Positions 25,265 to 38,624 of a stretch of 64,000 nt of DNA are shown here, in pieces; position 1 is the stretch's first letter, and the number at the start of each line of letters is the position of its first letter. Location of the stretch: contig CM038999.1 in the NCBI GenBank assembly GCA_017499595.2, forward strand, positions 2,542,001-2,606,000, in the 5' to 3' direction. The stretch is from Psilocybe cubensis. Its lineage: Eukaryota. The notes below the pieces were generated by a model. The model ran no database searches. It was not told where the DNA came from and was given only the letters and a program-made list of their open reading frames with translations. The position numbers and the translations under genes were made by a program.

Positions 25265-28200
25265 ATGTCACCCACGAGCGGCAATGTCTCCCAGCTCAAG
25301 AAACACAAGAAAGAGAGAGCCTGCGATGCTTGCAGACGCAGGAAAACAAAATGCGATGGGCCTTTCATGCCCTCTAATATCTGCACAAACTGCACACAGT
25401 CCCGCAAACCGTGCACATATGTGTAATTATCTCGTTCCTTCTCCCCAGATTTTGTCTCTAATTTCTTTTCAGAGAGGCCTCAAAACCTCGGAGTCCGCCC
25501 AAGGCGTTAGTAAAAACTGTTTTCGTTGATTTGACTCTGATTGTGTCATTTAACCTAGCTATGTAACCGGATTGGAAGACAAGCTCGAGGCCATGGAGGC
25601 TATTCTCAAGAGGGTTTGTTGTTTTACATGTTTTTGATTGCACAATAAATTAATGACCGTTTCGCATAGATTCAGCCTGATGTCGACTTCTCCGACGAAT
25701 TGGGTCCTCCAGTCATCCGAAATTCTTGGAAAACACAGGACGATTCTTCACCCGCGTCTTCTTCAAACGCAATCAATCGGACGTCATCGTTTGCGTCCGC
25801 TGGATTGTCACCAATTATGATACCCTTTCATTCTGACAAAGCCGAAACAGTCACTTTGAATCCTGAGGTTTTCCCTCCCCCTGTGTCTACTCATCTTGTT
25901 TTCCATTCTCAACCCCGGCGCGCTAGGCAATCTCGCATTCTTTCAGATACATCCTTTTTGGCTTATCGTGACAATCTTGACCTCACTGAAGATTCGGATA
26001 CAGAGACTTCCTCCTCCTCTGAAACTGAAGAAATTGTCATTACTTCTATTGTTGGGAGAACTAAGATAACTCTGAGAGCCTCTGAAAACGATGATTCGGA
26101 TGACGATAATAATATTCGGTTTCATGGTCGAAGCAGCACTGCAGGTCTTGTAGAAACCACTAGGCAGTTTAAACACATGCATATGCGTGACACACTCGGT
26201 TCAAATCGGCCAAGCAACGATCTACCTGTTTCACCTGATAATCGAAGTGTTGCACAAACCAGAAGACCACAATTCTGGCAAACACCAGTGGTTGGTGATT
26301 GTTCGATTTTATGTAGCTAATCATTCATTCGATTTTTTAGTGGGAAAGCCAATATGAGGGCGCTCGCGGTGACAACCCGACCATACTTCGAGATCTGCTT
26401 CGCAAATTCCCTCCACCAGATCTAATGGAAATTTTGATTGACCTCTATTTTCGACATTCAAACACCATGTTTCCGCTTCTTCACCGGCCTACATTCGATC
26501 GCCAGTGGAAATCGCGGTTGTACCACCGTAATATATGGTTTGCGGGCGCCTGCTCTTCAATATTTGCTATCGGGAGCCGTTGGTGTAGCGATAAACGTGT
26601 ATTGCGGGAGGCTTTGGAAACACAGGGACAAAATCTAGATTGGAGAAGAGCAGGCTCTCAATATTTTGAAATTGCTCTTGGTGCGTATTTTTTTTCGACT
26701 ACGCCCGTTCACATAAACTAATCCTTCCAAGTAGATATTCACAGAATACGCAGGAACTTGTTCCATCCTGCAAGTTTGTTTGAGGTGCAAACAATCACAG
26801 TACGGCTGACGTTTTGACATACAATGCCCAAGTTGACGATATCCTCTCCAAGCTAATGTCTATATATTTAAAAGGGACATCCAGTTTTCCTACCGCTTGG
26901 TTTTTTATTAGTGGTGGCATCAGAAAGGCGCAAGACATTGGCGCACATCGTAAGAAGGTGTATCAGACAGTGTCGAATATCGATGACGAGCTTTGGAAAC
27001 GAGCCTTTTGGCATCTAGTGGTATTTGACCGCCTCGGGGGTGTTAGCCTTGGCCGTGCTTGCGGGATGGGCGAAGAGGAGTGAGTACCCTCATTCTTGTC
27101 GAAATCACTAATATCTAAGATTGAATAGTTTTGACCTAGATCTTCCTCTTGAGGTTGATGATGCTTATTTGAATGTTACTCAAAAGCAGCCTTTCAAGCA
27201 ACCGACAGACATCCCCTCATCTATCACAGCCTTCAATGAGCTAATTAAACTCACACAAATTATGGCATTTACCTTGAAAACATTGGTATGTTTGCGACCC
27301 GTTTGGCCACTGCTTGGAAAAGAAAAGTGTGTGGAAGTTGATGATGAATATATTCATTTCATACAGTACGCTACGGATAAATCAAGGATATATCGAGGTC
27401 TTGTGCCTCTGAAGAGACAAAGCTTAGTCGATCAGCTTTCAATAGCTTTGGAGGAATGGAAGGAGGGTCTTCCTGAACATTGTAAGTGGTGTTGAACAAT
27501 GTCGCTCACTGCTTACCCTTGCTCCCCAGTGAGATGGCGTGAAAGAATGGATAACCCTGTTTTCTCATGTCAAGCTGCAACTCTTCTTAACACATATCAT
27601 GTCGCTCGAATGCTAGTACACCGTCCTTCAATCACCGCGCTTGCTCTTCCATCCTCCGATGTTGATGCTCAGCACGTGGACTTTGCATTTTCGGTCTGTA
27701 TTGACGCTGCTACGTCATGTGCGGATATCATCAAAACCCAGCTGCAACGCGGCATTGAATATATCCATATTCCCAATATCATCGACGTATCACACATGGC
27801 TTCTGCCTTTCTGGTTGTAAATACGTGGTATCTGATGTTAAAGCAACGGCGTCTCCAGAATCAGGACATCAAACCGCATCTAGCTCAAAAAATTGACAAA
27901 ACCAACACAAGTATCCAGAATCTTTTGCGAGTACTTGAAGAACTGGAAGATCGATGGGGTTCTGTGGGCTGTTTGATGTGAGGACTAATTCAACCTCAAT
28001 TCTGTACTTTTAAACTAACAATTGTTGTTCGCAAGGCAAGATTTACAAGTCGCGCTACCTGAATGGGATGAATTTGAACCACCTGAGCATTTTGTCAGCA
28101 ATGCTCGAGCGAATAGACAATTCTCTCCAAAAGAACCTGCGTATGACTCCCAAAACATGACTTCTACCATTCATGATCCCCCAATTAAAAATCGTCATCT

Positions 28201-28744
28201 TGATTCAAGGAGTAATTCATCCCTCAGAAATCGGCACTCAATAGCGGAACTTCCCTCCCTATCACATCTTCACCGATTTCTGGAGCCCTTACCTCTTTCA
28301 CATTCTCCGTCCGTTCCTCATTCTGGCTGGCTACCGCCTATTGCACCTGAAGGGCAACAAGCTGAATACCAGCGGCATGATATGCGTGGGCATTTGCTCA
28401 TCGGTGCTCGAGCTCGCGCATTGTCTGCGACAACTTCGAATGTATCCTGGAACGACCAGACACTTCCTTTCATTAGTTCAATGCGACGAACGTCAACTCC
28501 AAATCTAACATTTAATGATCATCAACACGTAAATCGAGATTCGCGGCAAGAAACATGGACTTCTTCAATTGTGTATCACAGACCGCATCTTCCTGAGTCG
28601 ACTAGGTATGAAGATGTTGATATGCGTTCCGAGGACGATGACTACGCGTTGACCCCACGATATGATGTGCAGCCAGAGCAACGTCGCAGTTCACCCATCA
28701 AAATTTACGATCCGTGGCCATACGATAGGAGAGGTCATCGCTGA
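25265..28744 (+). CDS. Zn(II)2Cys6 transcription factor with fungal-specific TF (middle homology) domain
   Basis: Zn cluster RACDACRRRKTKCDG...CTNCTQSRKPCTY, then LIDLYFRHSNTMFPLLHRPTF, AQDIGAHR, ELWKRAFWHLVVFDR and FDLDLPLEVDD. Confidence 0.92.
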
Positions 28745-29040
28745 TTTCTGCGCTTTCGAAGTACTAGCTGGTCTATGAAATCCTCATTGTACTCATTCAG
28801 TTTCTGTATATTCCTGACCTTTCTGGCCTCTGCATCTTGCTCTGCTGCTTTCTTATTTGCTACTGTCAACGAGGTTTGCCTAACAACAGATACCATTTAT
28901 ACTACATATCATTATATAAAATAAAGTTCAACGAACTTCTTGGTGTACTTCTCCGTATTACTACGTATATGAAGCAAAGGAATGAATATCATTCAGCTAA
29001 ACCGCCGGGTCAATCTCCGTACCATGGTCATCGGCATTCA

Positions 29041-31463
29041 CTAGCCTAGCTTTTTTTTCTTTTCAATCATGGCCTTGACTCTTTTAAGCAAGTCGGTCGC
29101 TCTTACGACATCTTCAGCATTACTTGTAGCAACCACTTCCAGATAATCTTTGGCAAGAATCAAATCACCGTCATCGTTTGGAATTTGCATCTCATATTCA
29201 GCAACTTCCAAAATTGATTTTGAAAAATCTTGAACGGGACGCGCTATAGAAAGTAATGAGTGGGAATGCCAAGGGAGTGCAGCGAACTTAGGATGTCAAC
29301 TTACAGTCTGCTTGGCAAACTTCGACGACACGCCGATGATATGCCACGGCTTCCGAGTGCTCCTCTAGGGTACGATGGATTTTCGCCAGTTTGAGGTTGA
29401 TCGTAATCTCATGGGGATCTGCAGGTATCAAGGCGCGCTTGTAGCATTCCACTGCTTCTCGGAGTCTGAAGATTTCTTAGGATTCAATGGGGTTCACTCT
29501 ATATTTGGAGGAGCTCGAACCTTCCAATTTCTTCGTAACACATTCCCTGTGCTTGCCATAACCGGACATCGTAAGGACTGTTAGAAAGCTTCAGCAGTTG
29601 GAGTTTAAATCAGAAATACGATGATACCGTAATGCCGTTGCGCGTTGATAATAGTGGAGAGCGTAGTGGTGCATGCTGAGGAGTTCATAAGCTTGTCCTA
29701 GACCATACCATGCTCGGTAATCCTTTCGATTGACGTCTGGAGCAGGATGTCATCAAAACGGAGTAATTACAGCCAGCAAGGAATTCGCACCCACGGCACG
29801 ACGATATGCTTCGATAGCAGCATGTGAGTTTTTCATCTCGACGTACTCGTGCCCCATCAAAGTCCAAGCAGAGAGGTAGGTCCGATCAAGTTGCGTGGCT
29901 CTCCTGAAGTATTTGACGGCTTTCTCATGTTCAATACGCAATGAGTAATGATTTCCTATAGTCGCGTTGCTTTCAGGGTCTAAAGGCGTTCCAAGGCGTC
30001 GGTAAACGCACCAATGAGACAGCAAACTTCTGGCCGGTCTTTATCTAGAGCCAAAAATTCATGAGCCAGCTTTGAAAGCTTCAGATTATTGCCGGTTACG
30101 TAGAGAATATTGGAGTAGATATCGATGTCATCAATACGATGAGGATCAATAGCAAGAATCTTTTCGAACTGGACAACGGCTTGGGTAAAATCTAGGAACT
30201 TGATGGTCAGTGAAACCCAATGATACACCGAAAGTTTGCCTACCGTGCATATGATACAACACACACGCTCGTAGTCCCATTACCCAGACACTGTTGGGAA
30301 AGAAATCCGGGGTTAAGAGTCGATCGCAAAGTTGAATTTCATTTTCAGAAGGGTTATGGAGGTCGTTCAATGTCTTGATTTGGAACATCTGAATTAGCGG
30401 ATGATCAAGTGGTAATGGAATCAGTGGCAGCAAGGAAGATAGCTGTGGGAATTGTTAGTGGTGGTCAGACGACGTATTTTGAGAATAACCTCTTCACTGT
30501 CTCCGATGCAACTGGCTAATAAGGTCCACGCTGACCAATTCCACTTACAACCTGCTATGGAAAGCAGGACGCTCTCAATAGCTTCTTCTCGCCTTGACAA
30601 TCGAGACAAGAACAACGCTTTTCTGAAGCCATGCCTCCTTTAGTCCAACAGAAGTGCCTTATCCAAATGTACCCACAAGAACAAAAGCCAAGGATCATTA
30701 TCATTTTTTACAAGGTCGTAAAGTTTTTCCAAGGATAAATTGGATGGTGTTGGAGGTTGGTATCTATTGCCTGAAAAGTTTGTTTAAAATTTGCAATTAT
30801 AAAACAGAAGATAAATACAAGCTTACTATCCAACTTGTGCCAGTCCCGTTGCGCGTCTTTTTCTGTAGCCTTTGGATGATCGGGTCGAAATATATACTAC
30901 AAGGGAATGGGGCCAGGATACTCACAATGAACTGACAGTATAGTCTGAAGAAATATCCTTTGGAACTTTTGCAGTCATTTAAAAGGTGAATGGCGCGGTG
31001 GAACTGTCGGCCTTCAAAGCATCCGCGAGCAGCAACAAGAACGTCTTCTTCTTCTCTCTCTAGCTCGAACTCCAAGGATTGAATATTTTCCTGAAGGCGG
31101 TGAGATTGATAGTACAAAACGTGGTTGGACAAAACCGGAATGAATACCTGTGTGAGCGGTTGAGTGGGTATGGGTGAATACCCTTCTAACGAAACTTGAG
31201 GAGATTGAGACCTTGCTGGCGTTGACGTTGAAAATGTAGCAGTACCACGTTGAGGAACAATTGGCCTCCTCTTTTCTGGTGCGATAGACAGTAAGAGTTC
31301 CGAGAGCCTAACATCATGGATTCTTGAGGCCACACCTAGAAGTACTCAGTGTTCAGAGAGCGTACCATTTGGCAGCAACCACCAGGCCTCGCTCCAGGCA
31401 TTCTTTAGATGTGTTTCGAATATCTGATATATCTTGTGCGTCAATAACCTTGAAAGACGACAT
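29041..31463 (-). CDS. CDC23: Anaphase-promoting complex subunit 8 (TPR)
   Basis: [71 protein letters not shown] and [13 protein letters not shown]. Confidence 0.95.
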
Positions 31464-31583
31464 ATTAAGTAGTAATGGTATGCGGGTATAATGACATTAG
31501 CACGCTCTTGCTCTGGCGCTTTATTTGATAATTTAGTAATCGACTGAGCCTGAAATTACATCTTCGTCTCTTAAACTATATCA

Positions 31584-32342
31584 ATGACGATACACAGTCT
31601 ATACATCTACGATAGGTGAGTGTTTCCACATGAGCATGACACTGATATCTCATAATGACGATTAGGCACTGTGTCTGTGTATTTTACCAGGATTGGCATC
31701 GTACCAAAAGGCCCAAACCTGCAGTTGAAGGGGGCATTCTTCCTGCAGTGTCTCAAGCAGTCTCCCCAAGCCAGCAAAACCCAAATGATGGGAACTTGAC
31801 ACTATCCTCGAGTTTTAGCAGTCCTCGAAATACCCTTTCGTCAACTACTGGAATTGTGGTTGCAATGAATGACGGCAATCAGTTGCCCAACGCACCTCAG
31901 ATGCAACTGTCTACAGGATCAACGGTATCGTCGAGCAGTGGGTTACCGTTTGACGAAGAAGCGAAACTAGTCTACGGTGTTGTCATCTCATTAAGGAACA
32001 TGATCAGAAAACTGTCGGGCAGGTAGGTTATCCTATGCCATCGAGTTACTGGTCGACTTACGATCGAGAATATCCAGAGACGAGCAATTTGTGAACTATC
32101 GCACCTCTGCGTACAAACTACACTTGTTTGAAACAATCACCGGCTTCAAATTTGTGATGCTCAGCGACCCCAAGACGGATTCACTACGATTTGTATTACG
32201 TCAAATATATGTTGGTCCTTTCCTGGAGTATGTCGTTAGAAACCCACTGGTAAAGATGGATTCAAGAGAACAGGGCATTGATAACGAATATTTTCGTGCA
32301 AGCGTAGACAGGCTAATAAGAGGCCTCTCCGTATTTCTATGA
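31584..32342 (+). CDS. BET5: TRAPP complex subunit Bet5 (TRAPPC1, longin fold)
   Basis: MTIHSLYIYDR|HCVCVFYQDW, EEAKLVYGVVISLRNMIRKLS, YRTSAYKLHLFETITGFKFVMLSD and EYVVRNPL. Confidence 0.92.
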
Positions 32343-32491
32343 GAGATGTTTCAACATATAAGCATATCAATAAATCCAGTAAAATGTGTTCTAGATAATG
32401 TACAGGGAAAATGTGTGTTAAAGAATCAAAAACATCCTTTGTGACCACGATGATTCATACAAATCCATAATGCGTACGGTTTGATTGTATA

Positions 32492-35400
32492 TCAGAGTGT
32501 CGGCTTGCCTTCCATCTCATACTGTTTGCGCAAAGTTTTCAACAGTGAAACCTTCATTTCGCGTTCAGGAGCACTCCCGTCGGTTTCATCGCCGTCTCCA
32601 GCTACCGCTTCATCGAGGGCTAGTTTGGTTTCTCCTAGTCGAAGCATATCCTCCTCGATTGTCCCCTTAGAGATTAACTTAACTACCTCAACGTCTCTTT
32701 TCTGGCCTATTCGATAGGCTCGGTCTTGTGCCTGCCGGTCATTGTGCGGGTTGAAGTCTTGATCAAACCTAAAGAAAATAACCTAAAAATGGCCATCGCT
32801 TTGCTGAAACGAAAACACGTACATAATGACCACTGAAGCAGCAGTTAGATTAATACCCATGCCTATTTAAATTTTAGCAACATTATAACTCAGGCACCAG
32901 GAAGTAAAAATTTACCTCCAGCTTTTGTGGATAACAAAAAGACGGGAATTGAATCGTCTTCAGTAAATTCGTCCACCAAAGTTTGCCGCACATCTACCGG
33001 AGTACTTCCTGTAAGAACAAGGAATTTGACATGATGATTTCTCAAAACAGCTTGAAGAATATCCAATATTTGCGTAAACTAAACAACGCGTCAAACAGAG
33101 AGAGCAGAGAAGAGAGACAAAACTAACCTGAGAAAATATCAAGACTTTTCGACCATCATGTCTATAAGTCTGCAGTAATTTGAGGAGCACTTGGACTTTC
33201 CCGGCATCGATATAACAAGATTGATCTTGAAGATACTTCTGGGTAGACTTAAAATTACCTTTAGTACCCAATAAATAAAAATAAAAAAGAATAACAAACT
33301 TTGTATGTAGCACAGAAAACTTGAAGCTCCGAATCTGTCATTACAGACATATCTTCTTTGACAAGGTCGTAAAGGGCCCCCCGCTTCTTGAAGTCAGGCT
33401 CCTTCAACAACTGTTTAGCAATCCGTGACAATGTATCATCAGTAAACCTAGTTCGAAAAAGCATGGGATGAGAGGCTGCTTTGCGGAGATCCATCAAGAC
33501 ATTAGAGCTGTTTTCGGCGTAAAGTTTGTCTTTGGGACGATGACCGACACGTGACTTTTTACTAGAAGAGCTTTCAGAACTTTCATCTAATTGCGCCTCG
33601 ACCACCGTTTTCCGGGAACGTTGAAGTGCATCGCGGTAAATTGATCTCTGCAGCTCAGTCATTTCACACCACTCGATACGCTCTGTTTTCTTTGGAAGAT
33701 CTTTTAATACCTAGAAGGCAATTGAGATATCAAAGGCAGAAGGTTTCCAAATCACCTACTTGGTCCTTCCTTCTGCGTAAGACAAACGGAGTCATCATTT
33801 TCTTTGCGCGTGAAATCCGTTCTTGTGAAAGTAATGTAACTTTGCTATCTCCCTTGACTTTGAAAATTGCACGTAAGGAGTCGATCGAGCCAGCAAATTG
33901 GTCAGGCAGGATGAAGTTTAGCAAAGACTGGAACATTATGGTCTGAAAATACTTGACAAAGCGAAGACCAACGAAGGACGTACGACAAGTTCTTGCAAAT
34001 TATTCTGCAACGGCGTGCCGGTTAATAGTAGTCTCCAGTTCGAGCCGAACTTCATCAAGGATTGATATCGTTGGGATTGAAAATTCTTTAAAACATGTCC
34101 TTCATCGTATACACAACACTGGTGAGAAATCAGGATAGACTCATAACAAAAGAAAGCATAGCAACTCACATCCCATTCAATCTTGCGGAAAAACTTTCGA
34201 TCACGATCGTCGCCTTGGGCCAAATTGTAGGTGGTAATAAGGACTTCCCATCCCTCTGAAGTTTTACTACGACATCTCTGTGTGTTGATTAAGGTCTCTC
34301 GAAGTGCTGGTCGATCATTTTTGTCGGCGTAATACGTTTGGATAGCAACAGAGGGGGCAAATTTAGCGAATTCTCGACACCAATTCTCTAGTGTAGATGA
34401 CCTGAACTATAGATAAATAACCAGGGACCTACGACCAAGGAAAGAGAGCATACGGTACTACAATGAGATGAGGTCCTTTCTTGCCCTGTTCTTTAAGATA
34501 TGCGAGGAAGCTGATGACCTGGATAGTTTTCCCAAGTCCTGATGAAAGTTAAAGCAGAATGATAAGCATCATATACAACAAGACACACCCATTTCATCCG
34601 CCAATATACAACTCAAATTGCTGCGGTAGAGCAAATGAAGCCAGTTAACTCCAAGAAGTTGATATTCTTTCAGGGAAACGCCTTGCGCTATCAATCTTGG
34701 TTGAGTAGTTAGGTGGTTCTGAGCATTGCCCTTCTTTAACGGCTTGATTGATAATAAGCTCAGAGCGCCGTCGTCCAGACTTTCGTCCACGTTGGATTTT
34801 TTGTCAGGGATCCACGATGAAATAGTTGTACGGAGAGTAGATCCAATCTTTTCACAGCTTTCCAGCACATTGTCGACAGAGCCATAGCCTTTCAGCATCG
34901 TGGTACAGTCCTCGAACATGCGTGGACTGATACCGGTTGGTCCTGCTTTCTTTTTGCCTTGACCAAGCTTGTTTCGAATGTCTTCTGCAGAACTGAATGG
35001 ACGAAGCTCAATGATAACGTTGGCCTGCTCGGGAGTGCATCCTGTTGTGATACGCTTAAGTGTGGTATACCCTAACGCTATTCAGCGACGATCGACATAC
35101 CAGTCAATTCTTGCAATGCGTCAGATTGCGACGTATTCAAATACTCTAATGCACGCGCTTCATAGGCATATTCTAAGCGCGCTTCGCTTGTCATATCATC
35201 TCTTTCGTCAGATGCGGGCTCTTCATAACCGGATTCATCGTCAGAATGAATGACTAGCTTCTTTGCGCGCTGGCGTCGAGGAGCTCTTACAACTGGGGTG
35301 AGGGGCGATGTTGGGGTTGAATATGACGGTGTAGTCAAGTCAATAATACTCTTGGAAGGTGGAGGGGTAGCAGGTGCCTTCGACTCTAACCCAGGACGAT

Positions 35401-36374
35401 TCGCATAGATCATAGATTTTCTGCCTTTCTCTTTAACTGCGGCTCTCTGAGCTTTGGAGGCTTCATCGATCTCTTTGACCCTACCCAAAGCATCTTTATC
35501 CATTGTTGTGGATACCGGTAGGACTGGAGACCATGCTGGATCCCTTAAAAACGCATCTGCTCTACGGTTGTCGCAGCCAGCTTGCACCCACGCTGCATGG
35601 ACTTTTGACTTGTTCTCGCCGGGATGTGTCATCAGAAACATATTGAATCTTGTATCGCTGGTGGGTAAGGACTCTTCTGAAGATACGGACATGGAGTCTA
35701 CACTGATTGTAGAAAAATGGCGCCGTTCGCCGACGCGTTGGAATTCTGGAGACGGTGGAAATTCTAGACTGGTAGACGGGTCTTCCGATGGGCCTCGATT
35801 AATTCTTTTGCGAGGCGGGCCCTCCTCATGATTGGGCAGCTCATCACTCCCCCATTGTCGTCGTGGAGGAGCATGATTGGAGTTACTACTAGATGTGAAG
35901 CCGCTGGATGCTGTCAACGGATCGACAGTGAAGTTCCTCCTCACCGACGGCCAAGCATTGGCATAATTTGTGTTGGATATGGAGGGGATTGGAGAGTGTT
36001 GAACACCGTTGGCTGGCGAGTAAGCCCTTGAATATGATTCGCCGTTCGAAAGAGGACTTGAATTAGGCGCGAGGATATGAACAGGGGATGGATTGGGATT
36101 GGGGAAGAATCGAGATGGCCCGCTTGCATCTCTGGATTGTGCCGGTGGCACACTACGATGCGGCTGACTCGAAGCGTTTGAAGACATTGATGACGACAAA
36201 GAGGTAGCTTGGGAGCGGTTTGCCTGCCGTTCTTTGCTATACCTGAGCTGTTCGAGAGCCAACCTCTGCAAAAAGCATGATTGGGATCCAAAGACTATGT
36301 ATTCATTGTAGAACTGAAGCTCTGTGACTTACTTTATTTTCCGCCACAGAACCTGGCGTAGAGATCATCGACAT
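32492..36374 (-). CDS. FUN30: SNF2-family chromatin remodeller Fun30/SMARCAD1
   Basis: [28 protein letters not shown]-type motif II ([10 protein letters not shown]), [26 protein letters not shown] and [18 protein letters not shown], with a disordered N-terminus. Confidence 0.9.
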
Positions 36375-37386
36375 TAACAAACTCAAAATATTTTGAGATA
36401 AGAAGAGTAGGTTTGCAAAGAGGCCAGCGTAGGTGATGGTGCCAACTAAAGGACAACCAGTTGAATTAACGTGGTCTTGTCGGAGAGTCAAATATAATCC
36501 CATTGTTGGAGCAATTTATTTATTTTTCCGTATATAATTCTAACCCGTATGTTAACATCCTTCGACGACAGTTCGCGCATATATTTCTTCTAGGTGTCAC
36601 TATAACCCAATGGAACCGCTATTTAATAGCTCAAAGACCAATAACCACATTGGCAAAATAAACTCATTCGAGGACGGGATACCCTACCATCAATCAAGAC
36701 TTTTACGAAACCAAAATCAACCTTGGTTGTTGATAAGGAGAGCATCAACTGAGAAAACAGGCGCTATCTCAAACTGCTGCTTGGTCTGTTAGGTGCTTGC
36801 ATCCAACTCTAGCGAAAAACGTTACATATCCGTTTCGCCGAACTACCAGGTCATTATTGGATACTTGATCCAAGAGAAGGTCGAGATCAACTGCGGGGGT
36901 GTTTGGAGGAGTTCTGGAGGGCGATGTAAATCCGACGTAGTGCTTTTGAAGCTCTCCAAGGTAATACCATGTATGGATGACAGAACTTGAAAATAATCTC
37001 ACCATTCAAATTGAGGAGACATTGATAGTAATAGTACTGGATTCAGCTAGTCAAGTCTTGGCTGCACGCCTGATAAGACAGTATCGACCGATATTCTGGA
37101 AGAGGCCTTTGACTCTGAACGAAGAATTCAATGTTAAGTCAGAACACAGACTTTGAAAGTCCGATTAGTTCACTGTCCAAAATATGACCACAACAAAGCC
37201 CAAATAATGCCACAGCCAAACAGCCTAGTTCGGCTCGGCCGGCATGGGCGGAACAGCACTGGAGGATGTCGCAGTCTGGGGGCGCTTGCCAGAATACCGA
37301 GTCCTTTAGTGCGCAGCAATCACTTGTCTTCACTTCAAGTGAAATTCATCTTATTCTATCTCGAAGCTGTCTTTTGTATAATCAAA

Positions 37387-38624
37387 ATGTCGGAAGCTAG
37401 TACCACACCTGACGCTTTAACCCTCTTGTTGGCTTCAGCCATCACTTTGGCCATTTTTGTTCCTCTCACTGGAGTTCTGGTTCGATTCAGAGCCAATTAC
37501 AATCCTAAAGGACTTCAACTCGATTCAGAGGGTGGTGCTGCACCCCACACAGGACCAGTGGTGCACTCGTATATTGGTATGATGAGTCGTGTATATCGGC
37601 TTGAGGTGCGCCCTGCCATTTTGGTATTCGTTTGGTTGGAATTAACAGACCCAATCTCATACATTCGCAGGGCTGGGCTGGGCTTTACAAGGGTTTGGGT
37701 AAGGGCAAGGGTAGTCACTGCTGCTTCTATTCTGACTGAGTTGCCATAGTACCTACTGCGTTAAGCACATTCGCCGTCAGTCTTGTCATCCTGTTCGCAA
37801 TGGATACCCAAGGTCCACGTCATGGAAAATATAGAGCACCAGAGACAGGGATTTTAGTGAGCGACTTTATATAGCATAATTTCCTAACATGCTCACATAT
37901 ATCTCAGGGAACGCTCTTCTATAGTCTTCTTATGCTGGTTATATCCTTACCAACATCCATCATTACATACAGGTATGACCACAAATTGCATTCCAGACTA
38001 AATATCTAATACCTACAAGATCTATCACAACTCCTCATAAGCTTTCCTATTTCAACGCTGTAGGAGCTCTGCGAGTGCTTCTTACGCCAACGGAACGACG
38101 TCGCCCTTGGATTATCTATTTGACACCTGGACTTATGGCTGCCGAGTCACTCCATGTCTGCATAATTGTATTGTTCCTCGGTCCTATGCGTCGTATGCTT
38201 CTGCCAGGGTTATCAGAACGCGGTGTCATTCTAGGGAATATTTCATTAGTTAGGCTGGTCATATATTTGATCATCTTCTGTGGAACAGTCCTGGCCCTTA
38301 CCCCACTCGAAGTTATTGCCACCAGACTGGCAATCCAGAGAAACCATGCATCTGCTGAATACAACTCAGTATCTCAAGAGGTAGACGGTGATGCGGAGGA
38401 TACAGTAGAGTATTCAGGAACTGATGAAGATGTCATTGGGTGAGTTCAGAAAGTGTTGGTATTGCACCAACTAACCTCTGTTAAATAGTCTGAGGCATGA
38501 AGGTGATCCCTATCTTGGTCTTGTTGATTGCGCCAAGCGAATCATAGACGAAGAAGGTTGGATGACATTGTACCGTGCTTGGTGGATAACTATGCTGGGT
38601 GGTTTGGGAAGTTCGTTCGTTTAA
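37387..38624 (+). CDS. Divergent mitochondrial carrier (SLC25)-like protein
   Basis: Three degenerate repeats: PLTGVLVR..YIGMMSRVYRLE|GWAGLYKGL; PTSIITYR; PLEVIATRL..YLGLVDCAKRIIDEEGWMTLYRAW. Confidence 0.75.

Noticed and set aside
36589-36606. SP6-promoter-like TCTAGGTGTCACTATAA suggesting vector contamination
   Set aside because: Several mismatches to the SP6 promoter and no flanking vector sequence.
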